From assembly GCA_002633005.1 (NCBI GenBank), contig NMRA01000090.1:633986-697985 (forward strand): a DNA stretch of 64,000 nt, given 5' to 3'. This document shows positions 39,920 through 52,861 of this stretch, piece after piece. Every line of letters starts with the position of its first letter. Positions within the stretch are counted from its first letter, which is position 1. The notes beneath the pieces are model-generated. The model had not been told where the DNA came from. It did not search any database and saw nothing but the letters and a program-made list of their open reading frames with translations. Both the position numbers and the translations under genes were made by a program. Source of the stretch: Phoronis australis (lineage: Eukaryota > Animalia > Phoronida).

Positions 39920-40975
39920 AGAAGCTCTCCTTATGGTAAGGAGCTGTAGTGTCGCTACTGACTGTGAATGAAATACTTCCTCTTTATGGAAGTTAGTGTA
40001 GTGTACCTGCTGGTTTTTAATGGAAGAAGGTCTTCTGTTTGCTGAGGAGTGTGGCTACGTTATGTTAATGATGAAATCTCTGTTTGTTTAGAACTCTGGT
40101 GTAGATACTGGCTGTAAATGAAGTTCCTCTTGATGGGAAGGTACTATAGTGTACTGGCGGATAATGACGAAGGTTCTTCGTTTGTTGAGGAGTGCAGCTA
40201 CTATTGTGTTAATGAAAACGGGTCTCTGTTTGGAACTCTGGCGTCGCTACTGGCTGTGAATGATGAGTTTTATCGGTTTCCTAAGGAGTGTCGCTTACTT
40301 TATGTTAATGGAGACGAATCTCTAATTAGAACTGCAGTGTCGCTACCAGCTGAGAATGAAGATTTTTCTTTTAATGGGAAGGTACATGTACTATGGTATC
40401 GCTACTGGCTGTGAATGAAGAAGGCCTCTCTTTAAGTTTAATAGGGAGTGTGGCTACTTTTTGTTATTGGAGACGGCACTCTGATCGGTAACGAGGGTCG
40501 CTACTGGCTTTCAATGAAGAAGGCTCTCTGTTTGACAAGAAATTTTAGTATCGCTACTGGCTGGCAATGGAAACTTTTCTCTTGATTGTACCGAATTGTA
40601 GTCTCGCTACTGACAGTAAATGAAGAAGGTTATCTTTATTGTAAGGAATTCCAGTGTCGGTATTGGCTGAGACTGGCGATTGCTTTCAGTTTAGTGACGA
40701 ACTCTATTGTTACTTCTGGCTGTGAGTGAAAAAATCTCACTTTGTGGTGAGCAACTCTAGTGTCAACAGTGGTTGTCAACAAATAAAGTTTACTTTATGG
40801 TGAAGAAATTGTCGCTGCTAGTCTCTGAATTAAGAATGCACTCTTTATGGTAAGGAAATCTACTGTAACCAATGCCTGGGAGTGAAAAATGCTCTTTTGT
40901 TAACGAATTCAAGTGCGTTTGCTTGCAGTGAATGAAGACCGTAAAGAACTAGCCTCGTTACTGAATGGGAATGAT
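39920..40975. repeat. Degenerate tandem satellite, unit about 52-53 bp (core gtcgctactggctgtgaatgaagaagg)
   Basis: Cores at about 39951, 40244, 40339, 40399, 40498, 40551, 40603, 40656 and 40709, with a higher-order arrangement in the 5' half. Confidence 0.85.
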
Positions 40976-41899
40976 AGGGACTGTCTTTTTGCTCAAAATG
41001 TCTAGCGCCGCCCCGCGGCCGCTACTGACATCTTTCGCCTCCATCTACACATGGAGAATAATAAGCTTCCTATGTGCAAATCTAATTTAATTGGTACAAG
41101 TTTAAAATTGCATTGTTAGCTCACTAACATTGGTTGAATCAGGTAATGCGGTATGAAACTATATTTTCCCAAACTCTACCTTCTACTACTAAAAGTTTCG
41201 GCGCACTAACGCGCAAAATGTTTGCTCCACGAGATTACGTTGTTTCACAATATTTTAACTTTTACCCGTTTATTGTTCTTCTCATGACGTCTACTTAGGC
41301 GTGACTTTTATTTTTTCCAGTAACGGATGAGGTGAAATTTCACTATGGCAAAGTTTCGTGTACTGCCGCTCCGCCGTCGGTTTCCGCATTTGCGAAGGTT
41401 TTAGAAGGTGACACGTAAGTCCATCCGATGATCTGGTGTGGTAACAATATCGTTTTGCGCTAGTCACTCTGCCATAGGACCTTCGTTTGGTTGTTTTCTA
41501 TCACTTACTAAACGTTTTGGTAAATGGTGCCTTTTTAAGAGGTTACATTATGTATCCAAGAAAGGAAGCTATTGAATAAGCACGTCACATACACTCAATA
41601 ATTATCTGAAAATAGTTGGGCCATTGTCGGTTTCAGTACTCCCTATACTACTCTGTGCTCTTTAAAAAGCTTACAAGTATGTATGAGTGTAACTCTTTGT
41701 GCGGACAGTTTTCGCCAAAAGGTTGCCTGTGGTGTTTATTGAGACCCAAAACAGTTTAGTTCAAGAAATTGTATTATTCGTTGCCGTTTGAAAACATCGG
41801 GACAGAAGGACCATGACGACATGAATCGTCATACCATTTTTTACTGTTAATACATTTATTCGCAATAATTAAAAAATTGTACATCCTAAGTCATTGCAA

Positions 41900-41963
41900 A
41901 CACACACACACACACACGCACGCATGCACACGCACACAGCACACACACACACGCACACACACA
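41900..41963. repeat. (CA)n/(CACG)n microsatellite
   Basis: acacacacac..gcacgcatgcacacgcacac. Confidence 0.9.
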
Positions 41964-43683
41964 TGACGCACTCACTTATCGATCGTTTATTTTTTCACAA
42001 CATGGGTGAAACTTAACCATCTATCTACTAAGCTGTTTCCAAAAAATATATTTTGTGTGGTATACTGCTGTTTTGAAATATTTGCAAAAGCATAAATAAA
42101 TGATAAGGCGTCCCTCAACCTCTGACGGTATACTTATATGTTATAACACCTGGTCATCTCGAGTGTGCATAACTGTCATAGTTTGGATAATATAGCCACT
42201 TGTTTGAATGTCATGATGCTATTTCAGTTTGTTCGTGTTAAGGTGCTTGTATCTGAGGCGGAACGGGTCACACGTTTATGGAACCTTCAAAGACCACAGT
42301 AAGTAAAACGTCTCCTCTCAAAAATGACAATAATAATAATTTTACTATTGAAATGCCGTTTTATTACTGCTAGCTAATGATATTCAAACAATACAAGTAC
42401 GTGTATAATTCTCATTTCAGCCACAACAAATGGCAATCTAGCCGATATCAGCTGCAACGATCCCAACGACATCAATCTGAAGCACACGCCGTATTTGTTT
42501 CGTCTTTTCAACCGCTCGTTTTTAGTGCCAGGTTTGGTTGAGGCAACTGGTATATAAAAAGTCGTTCGCCGACTGTAGAACGCATTATTCTTTAAATTGC
42601 AAGTAAAATTGAAAAGTGGTGCTAGATCGTGACTTAAGTTCAACAGTATTTGAAAATGCAAGACGAAATCTCACGAATTATGCTCAAGTCCGTAGACCAC
42701 GGCGGCCAGCTTCAAATTAGCTGACAACTTGAGTCTAACATCAAGTCAGTTATGCTTTTAAAGTTAGTAATTGTGTCGTGTTCACTTATGTTTCTGAAAC
42801 TTTGAGAAATCAATGCAAATGAGGTACATCTGCGATTCCTGGAGGACTTAACTGATATTCGGCAGTGCTAGTAATTTACAATTAGCCAAGTCGTACCCAA
42901 ATTAGTATACGTTGACGAGATGCTAGTGTCACTTCTGGTGGCGACAGTGTTAACTGGTGGTGTTATGCAAGAGTAATACGAGAATCCTACTCCATACACC
43001 TACATCCGGAATGGGCGCATGTGCGTATATGCGAAATTCTTAAGCAACTAGCACGAAACTACTTTAGTGAAACTTGACGTATCCGTTACGAAACGGTACA
43101 TGTTAACGTGTTATCAATTCGTTGCCAACAATTTAACGAAAGTTGCAGAGAGTGCGTAGACAGAAAACATCCCATTTAAGCACAGCATATTATGCACTTT
43201 ATAGTTGTATGTGCTTATTATTGAAGCATAGACGCATGCGCTTAAAACGAAATACTTCAGTAAAACGTTACTTAAAAGCGCATTATTTGCGACACAGGTG
43301 AATGAACCTAAAACCTGCACGTACGGAGTTGCACGTACGGTGTAACACAACAGGACACGGGGGCACCTTCCATCAGAGGTCCTAGAAACAATACTGAATA
43401 ATCAAAGTGGTGGAATTTAACAGTTGGTCTAAAAGTTATTTGTTCAACACGAGACATAACCACTCTATGATGTTTCCTCAGTCATGAAGCAGAAAACTAT
43501 ACAATGCACATGTATTGCAAAACTTAATAAATGTTTTCTGAAATCATTTTTCAGCGACATAGCATAACATGTCAATAAGAGTGTGACTTCGTGTTTTATT
43601 AAACAGCCATAAGTCGAATGTTTAACGTACTGTAAACTACACTGAGTATGTCTCTTATGTAACGGTCACGAGTTGTGTTTTAG

Positions 43684-45546
43684 GGATTCGTCACGTGAAC
43701 TTAATTACTGCCAATAAACGTACACTCACGACCAAAGCATGCGTGGGCAATCCTTGTCTCAATGGAGGTACCTGCAAAGCAGACGCCAGTGCAGGCTATA
43801 TATGCAGATGCATCCTGGAGTACCAAGGGTATAAATGTGGAGAACGTACATGTACAAGACGGTGTACAGATGGAGCGTGCGCAAATAGTGGCACGTGTCA
43901 CGTGGATGGTAACAATAGAAAGAAGTGTAAGTGTGCTGCAGGATACAAAAGGCGTTGAATGCGAATGGAATGACGGACCGTGCAGTGAAAAGTGTGGGAC
44001 AAACGGTGAATGTGTTTTAGGAGCTAATGGTTACGTATGTCGGTGCCACAGTGGCTTTTCAAGGCCGTATTGCACGCAAGTTACTGACGTCTGTATGTCA
44101 AGTCCGTGCACAAACGGTGGAACTTGCGTTTCAACCAAGAAAGTTACCACTGTCTGTGCAGATATGGGTACGAGGGTAGCGAGTGTCAGTTAGCCCAGTC
44201 GCCGTGTGGTGGGAAATGTGGAAAAAACGGTAAATGTGTGTCACTAGGGAATAATACCATTTGCCAGTGCAAAATTGGATTCTCCGGGACTTGTAGCGAT
44301 TTTAAAAATTCATGTACACCAAACCCGTGTGCAAATGATGGGGAATGTTCATCAGGTAAAGGCGGTTTTGAGTGCCGTTGCAAAAGTGGGTTTTATGGAA
44401 CGTATTGCAAGCAAATTATAAACCCTTGTACATCGAACCCATGCGCTCAAGGTGGAACGTGCACGTCAGAAAACAACAAGTATGTGCGCGCGTGTAAACT
44501 TGGTTACACGGGGTTGCGCTGCACGATGGTGACTGATCCATGCAACGATGAGCCGTGCAATCACGGTGGTACCTGCACAAACGAACTAGCTGGGATGCGA
44601 AATTGTGAAAACAATATTGATGACTGTTCGAGCAATCCGTGTGGAAATCATGGAACATGCTTAGATGGTGTTGCCTCATACACGTGCCGATGTCAAAGTG
44701 GTTACCATGGCAATAGGTGTGAAAGTGATGTTAACGAATGTCTCAGCAACCCGTGTGGGAAACATGCAACCTGCATTGATGGAATTGGGAAATATACTTG
44801 TGTGTGTTCGACTGGATTTAAAGGGAAACACTGCGCCAGTGACATTGACGAATGTTTGAGTAGCCCTTGTAGCAGAGGGAAGTGTGTGGACAAACCAGGA
44901 GGATATCAGTGTCAGTGCCCTCTGGGGTTTACTGGTGGGAATTGCGAAACAGATATTGACGATTGTGCCGACCGACCATGTAATAATGGCGGAACATGCG
45001 TAGACAAGGTGAACGGTTTTCATTGTGATTGTCGCAAAGGTTTTGTGGGTAAGGCGTGTAACAAAGACTTTAACGAGTGCGCAAGCTCTCCGTGTAAACA
45101 TGGTGGCACGTGTGTTGATGGGGTCGCGCGTTTCAGCTGTCGCTGCAAAACCGGGTGGGACGGAACAACGTGTGAGATAGACGTCGGTGAATGCAACGCT
45201 AACCCATATGGAAAGCACGGCACGTCTGCGGATGGCATTGGTAAGTACACGTGTCTCTGTGAAAACGGATATGAAGGGCACAACTGTGAACTTGACATTG
45301 ATGATTGTCACAGCAATCCGTGCAAGACGGGCAACTGTGTAGATATGCCGGGGAAGTACCGGTGTGTGTGTGTGTGAGTGGGTACACGGGTGAGAACTGT
45401 GACGAGGAGATGGCGGTGGTGGGAGAGTCAGCAGTAGTGATCAGGCGCAGCAGGCGGAGCGCCGTGATGCAGGCACTCGCTATGACGACAGGACTGCTCT
45501 GTGTGGTATTAGGGATCTGCCTGATCGTCCAGTGCTGTACATGTAG
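43684..45546 (+). pseudogene. Notch/Delta-like multi-EGF (about 15 repeats) single-pass membrane protein exon, disabled
   Basis: Phase-1 acceptor ttgtgttttag|43684; EGF and Ca-binding EGF repeats (DIDEC, CxNGGTC); RRSRR then TM (AVMQALAMTTGLLCVVLGICLIV); CCTCR with phase-2 donor |gtaagt at 45547. Frameshifts at about 43947-50 (+A), 44133 (-1) and 45362-76 (+TG). Conserved Cys are lost (YVRAC, NPYG..TSAD) and there is an in-frame deletion (TNELAGMRNC). Confidence 0.8.
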
Positions 45547-47624
45547 GTAAGTTGATGGTTTATGCATTCATTTGAGTGTGAATTTAAGGACATCTTAAGC
45601 TTTATGTACAAAAAATGCCCCGGCGTTGTTACAATATTTCTCATATGTCTAGAAAAGTATCTTATCGTCATTCTCGGAAACTTCAAATACAAAATATGGG
45701 CCGTGTAGCGAGAAAAAACGTTTAACAGAACTACCTTGGAACCGCACAACCGCATTTGTTTACTACTTATCTGAGGTCAAGGGTTACAAGGCGGTGACTC
45801 AAATAGAATCTCCCGCGAGGCGTAGAGCTGGTCCGTATGTAAATGTGCCCTCAGCCTTTCATTTACCGAATCGCCATAATATTTAGTCAACGAGGTGTAC
45901 AGAAAGATGCTGGGAAAAACGAAGACAAAACGTAGTTTTGACCTCTTGCTCACGACGCGCTTTAACCACGGTTTGTGTTATCCATTTCGTACTTGGTTTC
46001 TATCATTCTCCCCGGTGCGTGGTGTGTATAACAATGAACTGCTGACTTACTTTTACAATTGGTATGTAGGTCAACAGTTGACCCCGTCTTGATCTGATTT
46101 GACTGGATCAAAAGGCACAAAATGAAAGCGTTTTAGTGATAACGAGATTAATTACGCGCTGCAAATTCAATTGACATTGCGAGTGAATGTTCAAATATCT
46201 AACATAGTTAAGGCATGTATAAGTTATATTGACCAAAAACAATTTTTTTTTAATTAAGTACTAGTCCACGTGAGCACCAGCCATGAGCGGCAAGGTGGGG
46301 GTCAGCCGATTTTCACCAAAATTGGCACATAGGTAGTCCTATGGGATCTATAAACAGCGGTAAAATATTTCCTCAAAATATTCCGTTTTTCTAAAGTTAT
46401 AGGCTCAAAAACATTTTACGGCTTCGCAGCCATGTTTTCACGGTATATAAACTGTCCAGTTTTAACTGTTCATATTTTTCCTTGAATGAAAGCTATTGAT
46501 TTATTATTCACTTGGCATTGTTTANGCAGTAGTGATCAGGCGCAGCAGGCGGAGCGCCGTGATGCAGGCACTCGCTATGACGACAGGACTGCTCTGTGTG
46601 GTATTAGGGATCTGTCTGATCGTCCAGTGCTGTACATGTAGGTAAGTTGATGGTTTATGCATTCATTTGAGTGTGAACTTAAGGACATCTTAAGCTTTAT
46701 GTACAAAAAATGCCCGTTGTTACAATATTTCTCATATGTCTAGAAAAGTACCTTATCGTCATTCTCGGAAACTTCAAATACAAAATATGGGCCATGTAGC
46801 GAGAAAAAAGGTTTAACAGAACTACCTTGGAACCGCACAACATGGTTGACATTTGTTTACTACTTATCTGAGGTCAAGGGTTACAAGGCGGTGACTCAAA
46901 TAGAATCTCCCGCGAGGCGTAGAGCTGGTCCGTATGTAAATGTGCCCTCAGCCTTTCATTTACCGAATCGCCATAATATTTAGTCAACGAGGCGTACAGA
47001 AAGATGCTGGGAAAAACGAAGACAAAACGTAGTTTTGACCTCTTGCTCACGACGCGCTTTAACCACGGTTTGTGTTATCCATTTCGTACTTGGTTTCTAT
47101 CATTCTCCCCGGTGTGTGGTGTGTATAACAATGAACTGCTGACTTACTTTTACAATTGGTATGTAGGTCAACAGTTGACCCCGTCTTGATCTGATTTGAC
47201 TGGATCAAAAGGCACAAAATGAAAGCGTTTTAGTGATAACGAGATTAATTACGCGCTGCATATTCAATTGACATTGCGAGTGAATGTTCAAATATCTAAC
47301 ATAGTTAAGGCATGTATAAGTTATATTGACCAAAAACAAATTTTTACTGAATAATTAAGTACTAGTCCACGAGAGCACCAGCCATGAGCGGCAAGGTGGG
47401 GGTCAGCCGATTTTCACCAAATTGGCACATAGGTAGTCCTATGGGATCTATAAACAGCGGTAAAATATTTCCTCAAAATATTCCGTTTTTCTAAAGTTAT
47501 AAGCTCAAAAACATTTTACGGCTTCGCAGCCATGTTTTCACGGTATATAAACTGTCCAGTTTTAACTGTTCATATTTTTCCTTGAATGAAAGCTATTGAT
47601 TTATTATTCACTTGGCCTTGTTTA
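45431..47624. repeat. About 1.1-kb direct duplication around N at 46525, probably uncollapsed haplotypes
   Basis: 45431-46524 and 46526-47624 are near-identical apart from a few SNPs and small indels, and abut a single N. Confidence 0.85.
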
Positions 47625-47950
47625 GTGGTGCCTGTAGATTGTTACACAGATGTATTGAAACACGATTCCGATTTACCACCCTCATTTAGTAGTTTTACTA
47701 CACTGCCCCCCGTTATGCCATTTTGAGGTTGTGTTCAGTACACTGCTGTACCAAATCTGCCCCCACTGTTATGAGAATGAAACTTAGCCAAAATGTTGAC
47801 AAAACATGTTACTTTCATTTCGTAAAATAAAAACTTTGTCAGCCAGTTTATTAGTTATATATTTTGGCACCTCAAATGTACTAAAATGAGAAATTTTCAT
47901 ATATCTGAGATCGATGCGAGAGCACCGTAAAATCCGATTGTCCTTCCTTT
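47360..47950. mobile_element. Non-autonomous DNA-transposon-like element (5' part duplicated at 46259-46524)
   Basis: ccgattttcaccaaattggcacatagg and ttttctaaagttat motifs typical of such elements. A related ccaaattttggcacatag occurs at about 63563. Ends approximate. Confidence 0.4.
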
Positions 47951-50316
47951 TGCAACAAGTTAGTTCCTCCCGAATGTTTTGAACGTTTTACTACTGATCA
48001 CTTAAGGATATAGTACCCCTAAATACCATACATGGCTCCATTTTGTTAAAAGCCGTAGTATGTCTTCCACAGTGAAGAGGGTTAGACATGAACTCGACAA
48101 ATGTAGGTTATTTTGATTTACAGTTGTTTTACTTTGCAATTTCCTCATGGGTATTTCTTCACACATATTCAGGTCAGATTTTCTTTTGATCAAATGTTCA
48201 TATCATGCATTGTAATATCAAATGAATGATAAGTTTGGTTGCATGACCGCAATTTTTTCCATGACTTAAAACAAAAGACCGCAGAAATTTTCCTGACGAA
48301 ATACCGGGTTTGCAGTTCTGTAAAAACATTTGAATGACAAGACAAACTCCACCACTGTCCATGGCAACTCGTCGCATGTTTTTCGCCCATCGGTCCTATC
48401 ATTGTTTTCCTTTGTTGTGTCATTGTTGGATGTAACAACACAGGTCGCATGGATATAGAACCCTGCGTACATCAGACCGTTGCCGATAAGTGCTCGTCAT
48501 TATATCTTTATTATAACAACGGAAACAATGAAGATGCTAATCTATTGTTCTCTATGCGACCAGGTTTCCCATGGATGACCACAGAAGAGGAATCCCAAAG
48601 TATCCACTAACAATGACCACGCACCTTAGTAACTATTACCGCGCACACGAATCCTTTCCGAGGAACCAAAACACCAACTTTTTATATCTGTGTATTGTGT
48701 TGTATTGCTCATGGTACGGGTTCAGACTCTGTTGTATTAAGATTCTAATCCCCAACCCTGTAATATGTAGTTTGAGTAAAATTTCTAGACAATATCGATT
48801 TATGGATTTATTCTCCTTCAAATGAAGAGTAAAAATCAAATTGTGCACAGGTTTTTTAAAAGTAAGTACTTATTGGAACATCACACATCTAAAAAATAAA
48901 ACAATGTTTGACAATTTTATTCATTATCTTATTTGAAAATTGCCTACTTCACAGACAACTCATCTAAGTTGAAAATATTCCTCGTGAAAAAATATAAAAT
49001 ACCAACCAGAGACTTGTGTACTACAAAATATGTTTTCGTAATACAATGCAAAGATAACTGTACAGTCAAAAGTGCAAATGTTATGACTAATAAAAAATTA
49101 CCTTCTAGATCTTTTCAACACTCTAATTGCTACAGGACAGAGTCAACCACACAAAGCTCATAAAGTCAGGGAATTACATTTAAGGTGATGCAGTCTCACT
49201 GCGAAAAAGTGATTTCGCAACATCGCTGACAACACTGGAAATCTCTTCTTCACAAACTTGAGGTAGCTGTATTTACCACTTCAATGTTCTTATCAAAACT
49301 AACCACCACAAAATGAAAAATTGGCTTGTCGGTTCCAATTAGGCAGCATTTTACAATGATATGGTCATGAAAAAATACTTTTGCAACATGGTTTGCATTA
49401 CAATTGCCCTACGATTACAGTTGTACATACATACTAGACCAGTAACAAAACTACCCATTGGAGCCATAAATGGTCAATTCGCCAAAAAAACAAGGAGCCA
49501 CCAGAGTTAATGTGCCAATACTTTTCAGTACTGCAACAAAAAATCATTTGAAGTGGACATAAGCTCGCCTAAAATCACATAAAACAACTTTTGATTTAGA
49601 CATTTTACCATCACGAAATAGGTATTACTTCCAGGTCACTTCTGAGCAATTTCAGAACTTTGAAAGATCTGGCAATATGCAATTGCTAGAGACCAGACTA
49701 ATAGTGTGCGATTTTATACACACAGCATGGTCTCAAGGAATAGCAAACTGTCAATTCGCTACAATTCCAGAAATCACTTCCCATCTGGATAAGGAACAAA
49801 CTGAGCAACGTTTATAGAGGTAAATGGTCTAAATCAAAACTTATTACCTCCTGGACAGAATATGGGTTTACAACTCAGGCAGAAAGATAAGTTAACAAAA
49901 GCAGCCTAACTGCAACAGAGTCTCAAATTTCAGTAATATACGCCCATTTACAAACAAAAATCTATAATGGTAAATAAAATGCGGAAACATAAAATCAGAT
50001 CAATTACGCATCTTCAAGGAAAAGAAATAGTACAGTGGTCAGAAATCATCTAAATGTGATGGCGACACTGAGAAATCCTGTCAGACTAAAAAATCCAGTG
50101 GCTAAACAAAATGAACAATGTACCATTACCATGTGGCCCAGGATCATGATCCGTACCTGGACAAAAATTCAGTCTTAGACTAGGTAAATTTTAGATTTGT
50201 GCTGTTCACACAAGCAGTTCTGGTGCAAACAAAGCTTGCGACAACACACAAGCCTACTTCCCTACACAGCTGTGCTGATACAATAATGCCCCCACTGGAT
50301 TTAGCAGATCAGCCAG

Positions 50317-50648
50317 NNNNNNNNNNNNNNNNNNNNNNNNNNNNNNNNNNNNNNNNNNNNNNNNNNNNNNNNNNNNNNNNNNNNNNNNNNNNNNNNNNNN
50401 NNNNNNNNNNNNNNNNNNNNNNNNNNNNNNNNNNNNNNNNNNNNNNNNNNNNNNNNNNNNNNNNNNNNNNNNNNNNNNNNNNNNNNNNNNNNNNNNNNNN
50501 NNNNNNNNNNNNNNNNNNNNNNNNNNNNNNNNNNNNNNNNNNNNNNNNNNNNNNNNNNNNNNNNNNNNNNNNNNNNNNNNNNNNNNNNNNNNNNNNNNNN
50601 NNNNNNNNNNNNNNNNNNNNNNNNNNNNNNNNNNNNNNNNNNNNNNNN
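50317..50648. other. Assembly gap
   Basis: Run of N. Confidence 1.
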
Positions 50649-52242
50649 TTAGGTCAGCCATCATTCAACTAACGCATTGTAAGCTTTAGTTTGGTATTCA
50701 GACGAATTGGATGAACAAATTTAGTATAATTTCATATTTTATTGGGAAATGCTAGTGTTCTCAAATTTAATTAAAAACATTTAAGCAAACCAATTGTTTT
50801 AATTGTTGTATTATACCACGGCATATTAATGCGTAGAAACGGCGCACAACTAGTGACTGGTTTAACATGACAAATACACATACGCGGTCTGAAAATAGTG
50901 AAATTCAGACACCTATTACCAAGCCTGCCTGAAAGGCTGACAAAGTTTTTATTGTATTAATTTCAAGGACATGGAGTCTTCTACATGTCCATGTTATTAT
51001 TTTTAGTTTTCTCGCGGGGGCAGCTTCGCTATGAGGGTACAGCTTACTGCTGGTTTTTCACAAGACGGAAATGTACCTCCACGGAAACAGTTCCAGTGTT
51101 ACCATGGTAACCGATATTGCAGTGTCGGTGCCGTTTTTACTGACATTGGTCATGAAACTATCATGTGATATCAAAATTGTTAAGAAACGATTCTGTTTGA
51201 AGCAGAAACTGGAGTAGAAAATTTGGTCAAAAATGACTAATTCCACAACAAGAAATTGCCTCATTTTGCCCCCCAGAACACCTCCCTCGTATCTCCTAAA
51301 CCACCAAACTTTGTGATGTCATACTTCACCCATTTTCTCTCTTCCCTAATGTGATTCATCAGACCAAACATGGATCTGAATGGTTGACCCCCCACCTTGC
51401 CGCTTGTTGGCTGTACAGTGGTTGGTGGATCCGTGGACTGATACTTAAGCGATAACGGTCAGTATTTGAGGACTTGCAACGTTTTCCGCTTTTTCTCGGC
51501 ATCGGCAAATCGACCTAAAATCAGATAAGGAACACGAATTCTCGAAAACGGCTTGGTGAGTTCTACTGAAACTTTCCAATTCTAACATCTGATCATCAAT
51601 CTTAAAAGTGCTGTTTGGATTTTCCGTTTTTGCGCACCGTAAGGTAAAAGAATACGACTGTTTTGACATAAACTGAAAGTTTTCTTTAAAAAGGATTGAA
51701 TTCATTAAAATCGATTAAGGAGTTATTTTGCTATGAATGTACCGTTTTAAAATGAAATTTTGACTTAAGAAGATGTTAACGTAATATTAATAAGAATGGT
51801 ACGTCAATATGAAACACATCTGTATAATCTGTGATATTTTTCCGAAAATATATACTTTCACTAATTGGCATGGCCTGTTTTTCATATATGGTCACTAAAT
51901 AAGGTTCGAGATAACCTTTATGCGTTTCCTTACTTAACGTTAATTAATGGTACCTTACCTGCGCTGTCAAATTTTATAACGAAACAGTAACATATAGTTC
52001 CCTTCACTGGATTTAGAATGTTTTGGCAGTTGAGACTAGAATTAGGCGCAGTACCAATTCTAAAAATAAGCCTATGTCATCTCAAAATGGCATTGAGCTG
52101 TGTTGGATTGTACCCGTTCCTCGCAACTATTCCTGTCACGTTGCTGTCACATTAAACAGCTTCCATTTCAACAATTTACAAAAATGTTCTGAAGGGTCGT
52201 GCGACAATTAATCAGCAAATATAATGAATGAACTAATCGACG

Positions 52243-52264
52243 CAAGATGGAAGTCGCCATCTTG
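52243..52264. promoter_or_regulatory. Inverted pair of YY1-like motifs, possible promoter
   Basis: caagatggaagtcgccatcttg (CAAGATGG..GCCATCTTG). It is followed by a possible 16-nt exon at 52362-52377. Confidence 0.3.
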
Positions 52265-52861
52265 TTTTCACCTGTTTACTCTACGTATTATTTGATACAA
52301 GAAGTGATGTTATAAAATCTTGAATGGGCAATTTGTTCATCTTGTACTTATTTTCTGTAAGGTCCGCGAATCGTCAGGTATGAGACAGTAAACAGGCACA
52401 ATCTGGCCTTTTTGATATCATTACCCGGCAAACGGTGATGAACTATTCAGTGCAGTGTTGCCTTCCGGTTTGAAGAATAACAGAATTTTAACTTATTGCT
52501 ACAACTCTATTTCAGTTATTACTTACCGTTTTTCCATGATATAGATTTGCCTAAACACATGAAAAATATTCCAATCTTCGTCCTAAATTGACAATATTAC
52601 ATTGTCCGTCTTCCTCATATGTTTTCAATTTGTTTGCGTGCCTATAATGACATCAAAACGCTGTAACGTTTTGACATTTGCCTATATCACCGAATTGTGT
52701 TCCGACTCGTGAGTGCAATGCGTGCGTCTTACGTTGTTAACGCCTAGGTCACAGCTCGGTGAAATAATAGACGGGGTCTTTACCTACATGTACATGTACA
52801 CACGAGCTATTGCTCATACTGCAGACGCGTTATCATACATGTACCTTGATAACTTTTCCAG

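Noticed and set aside
39920-40975. CRISPR-like repeat-spacer array
   Set aside because: Eukaryotic DNA, degenerate repeats, mutually homologous 'spacers' and no cas genes.
42752-42976. Signal-peptide exon for the EGF pseudogene (MLLKLVIVSCSLMFLKL* or MLVSLLVATVLTGGVMQE*)
   Set aside because: Both look hydrophobic but lack a clean phase-1 GT donor, so neither can be assigned.
44186-45567. Antisense and overlapping ORFs on the EGF and PDZ exons (e.g. 44676-45311, 9568-10005)
   Set aside because: Shadow ORFs of real coding sequence with no protein-like features.
45431-47624. Duplicated TM exon as an alternative-splicing cassette
   Set aside because: Same N-junction artefact. The second copy starts mid-exon with no acceptor.
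48900-50316. A-rich stretch possibly derived from a retroelement
   Set aside because: No convincing ordered RT, endonuclease or integrase motifs could be read.
50199-50672. ORFs spanning the N run
   Set aside because: Artefacts of the assembly gap.
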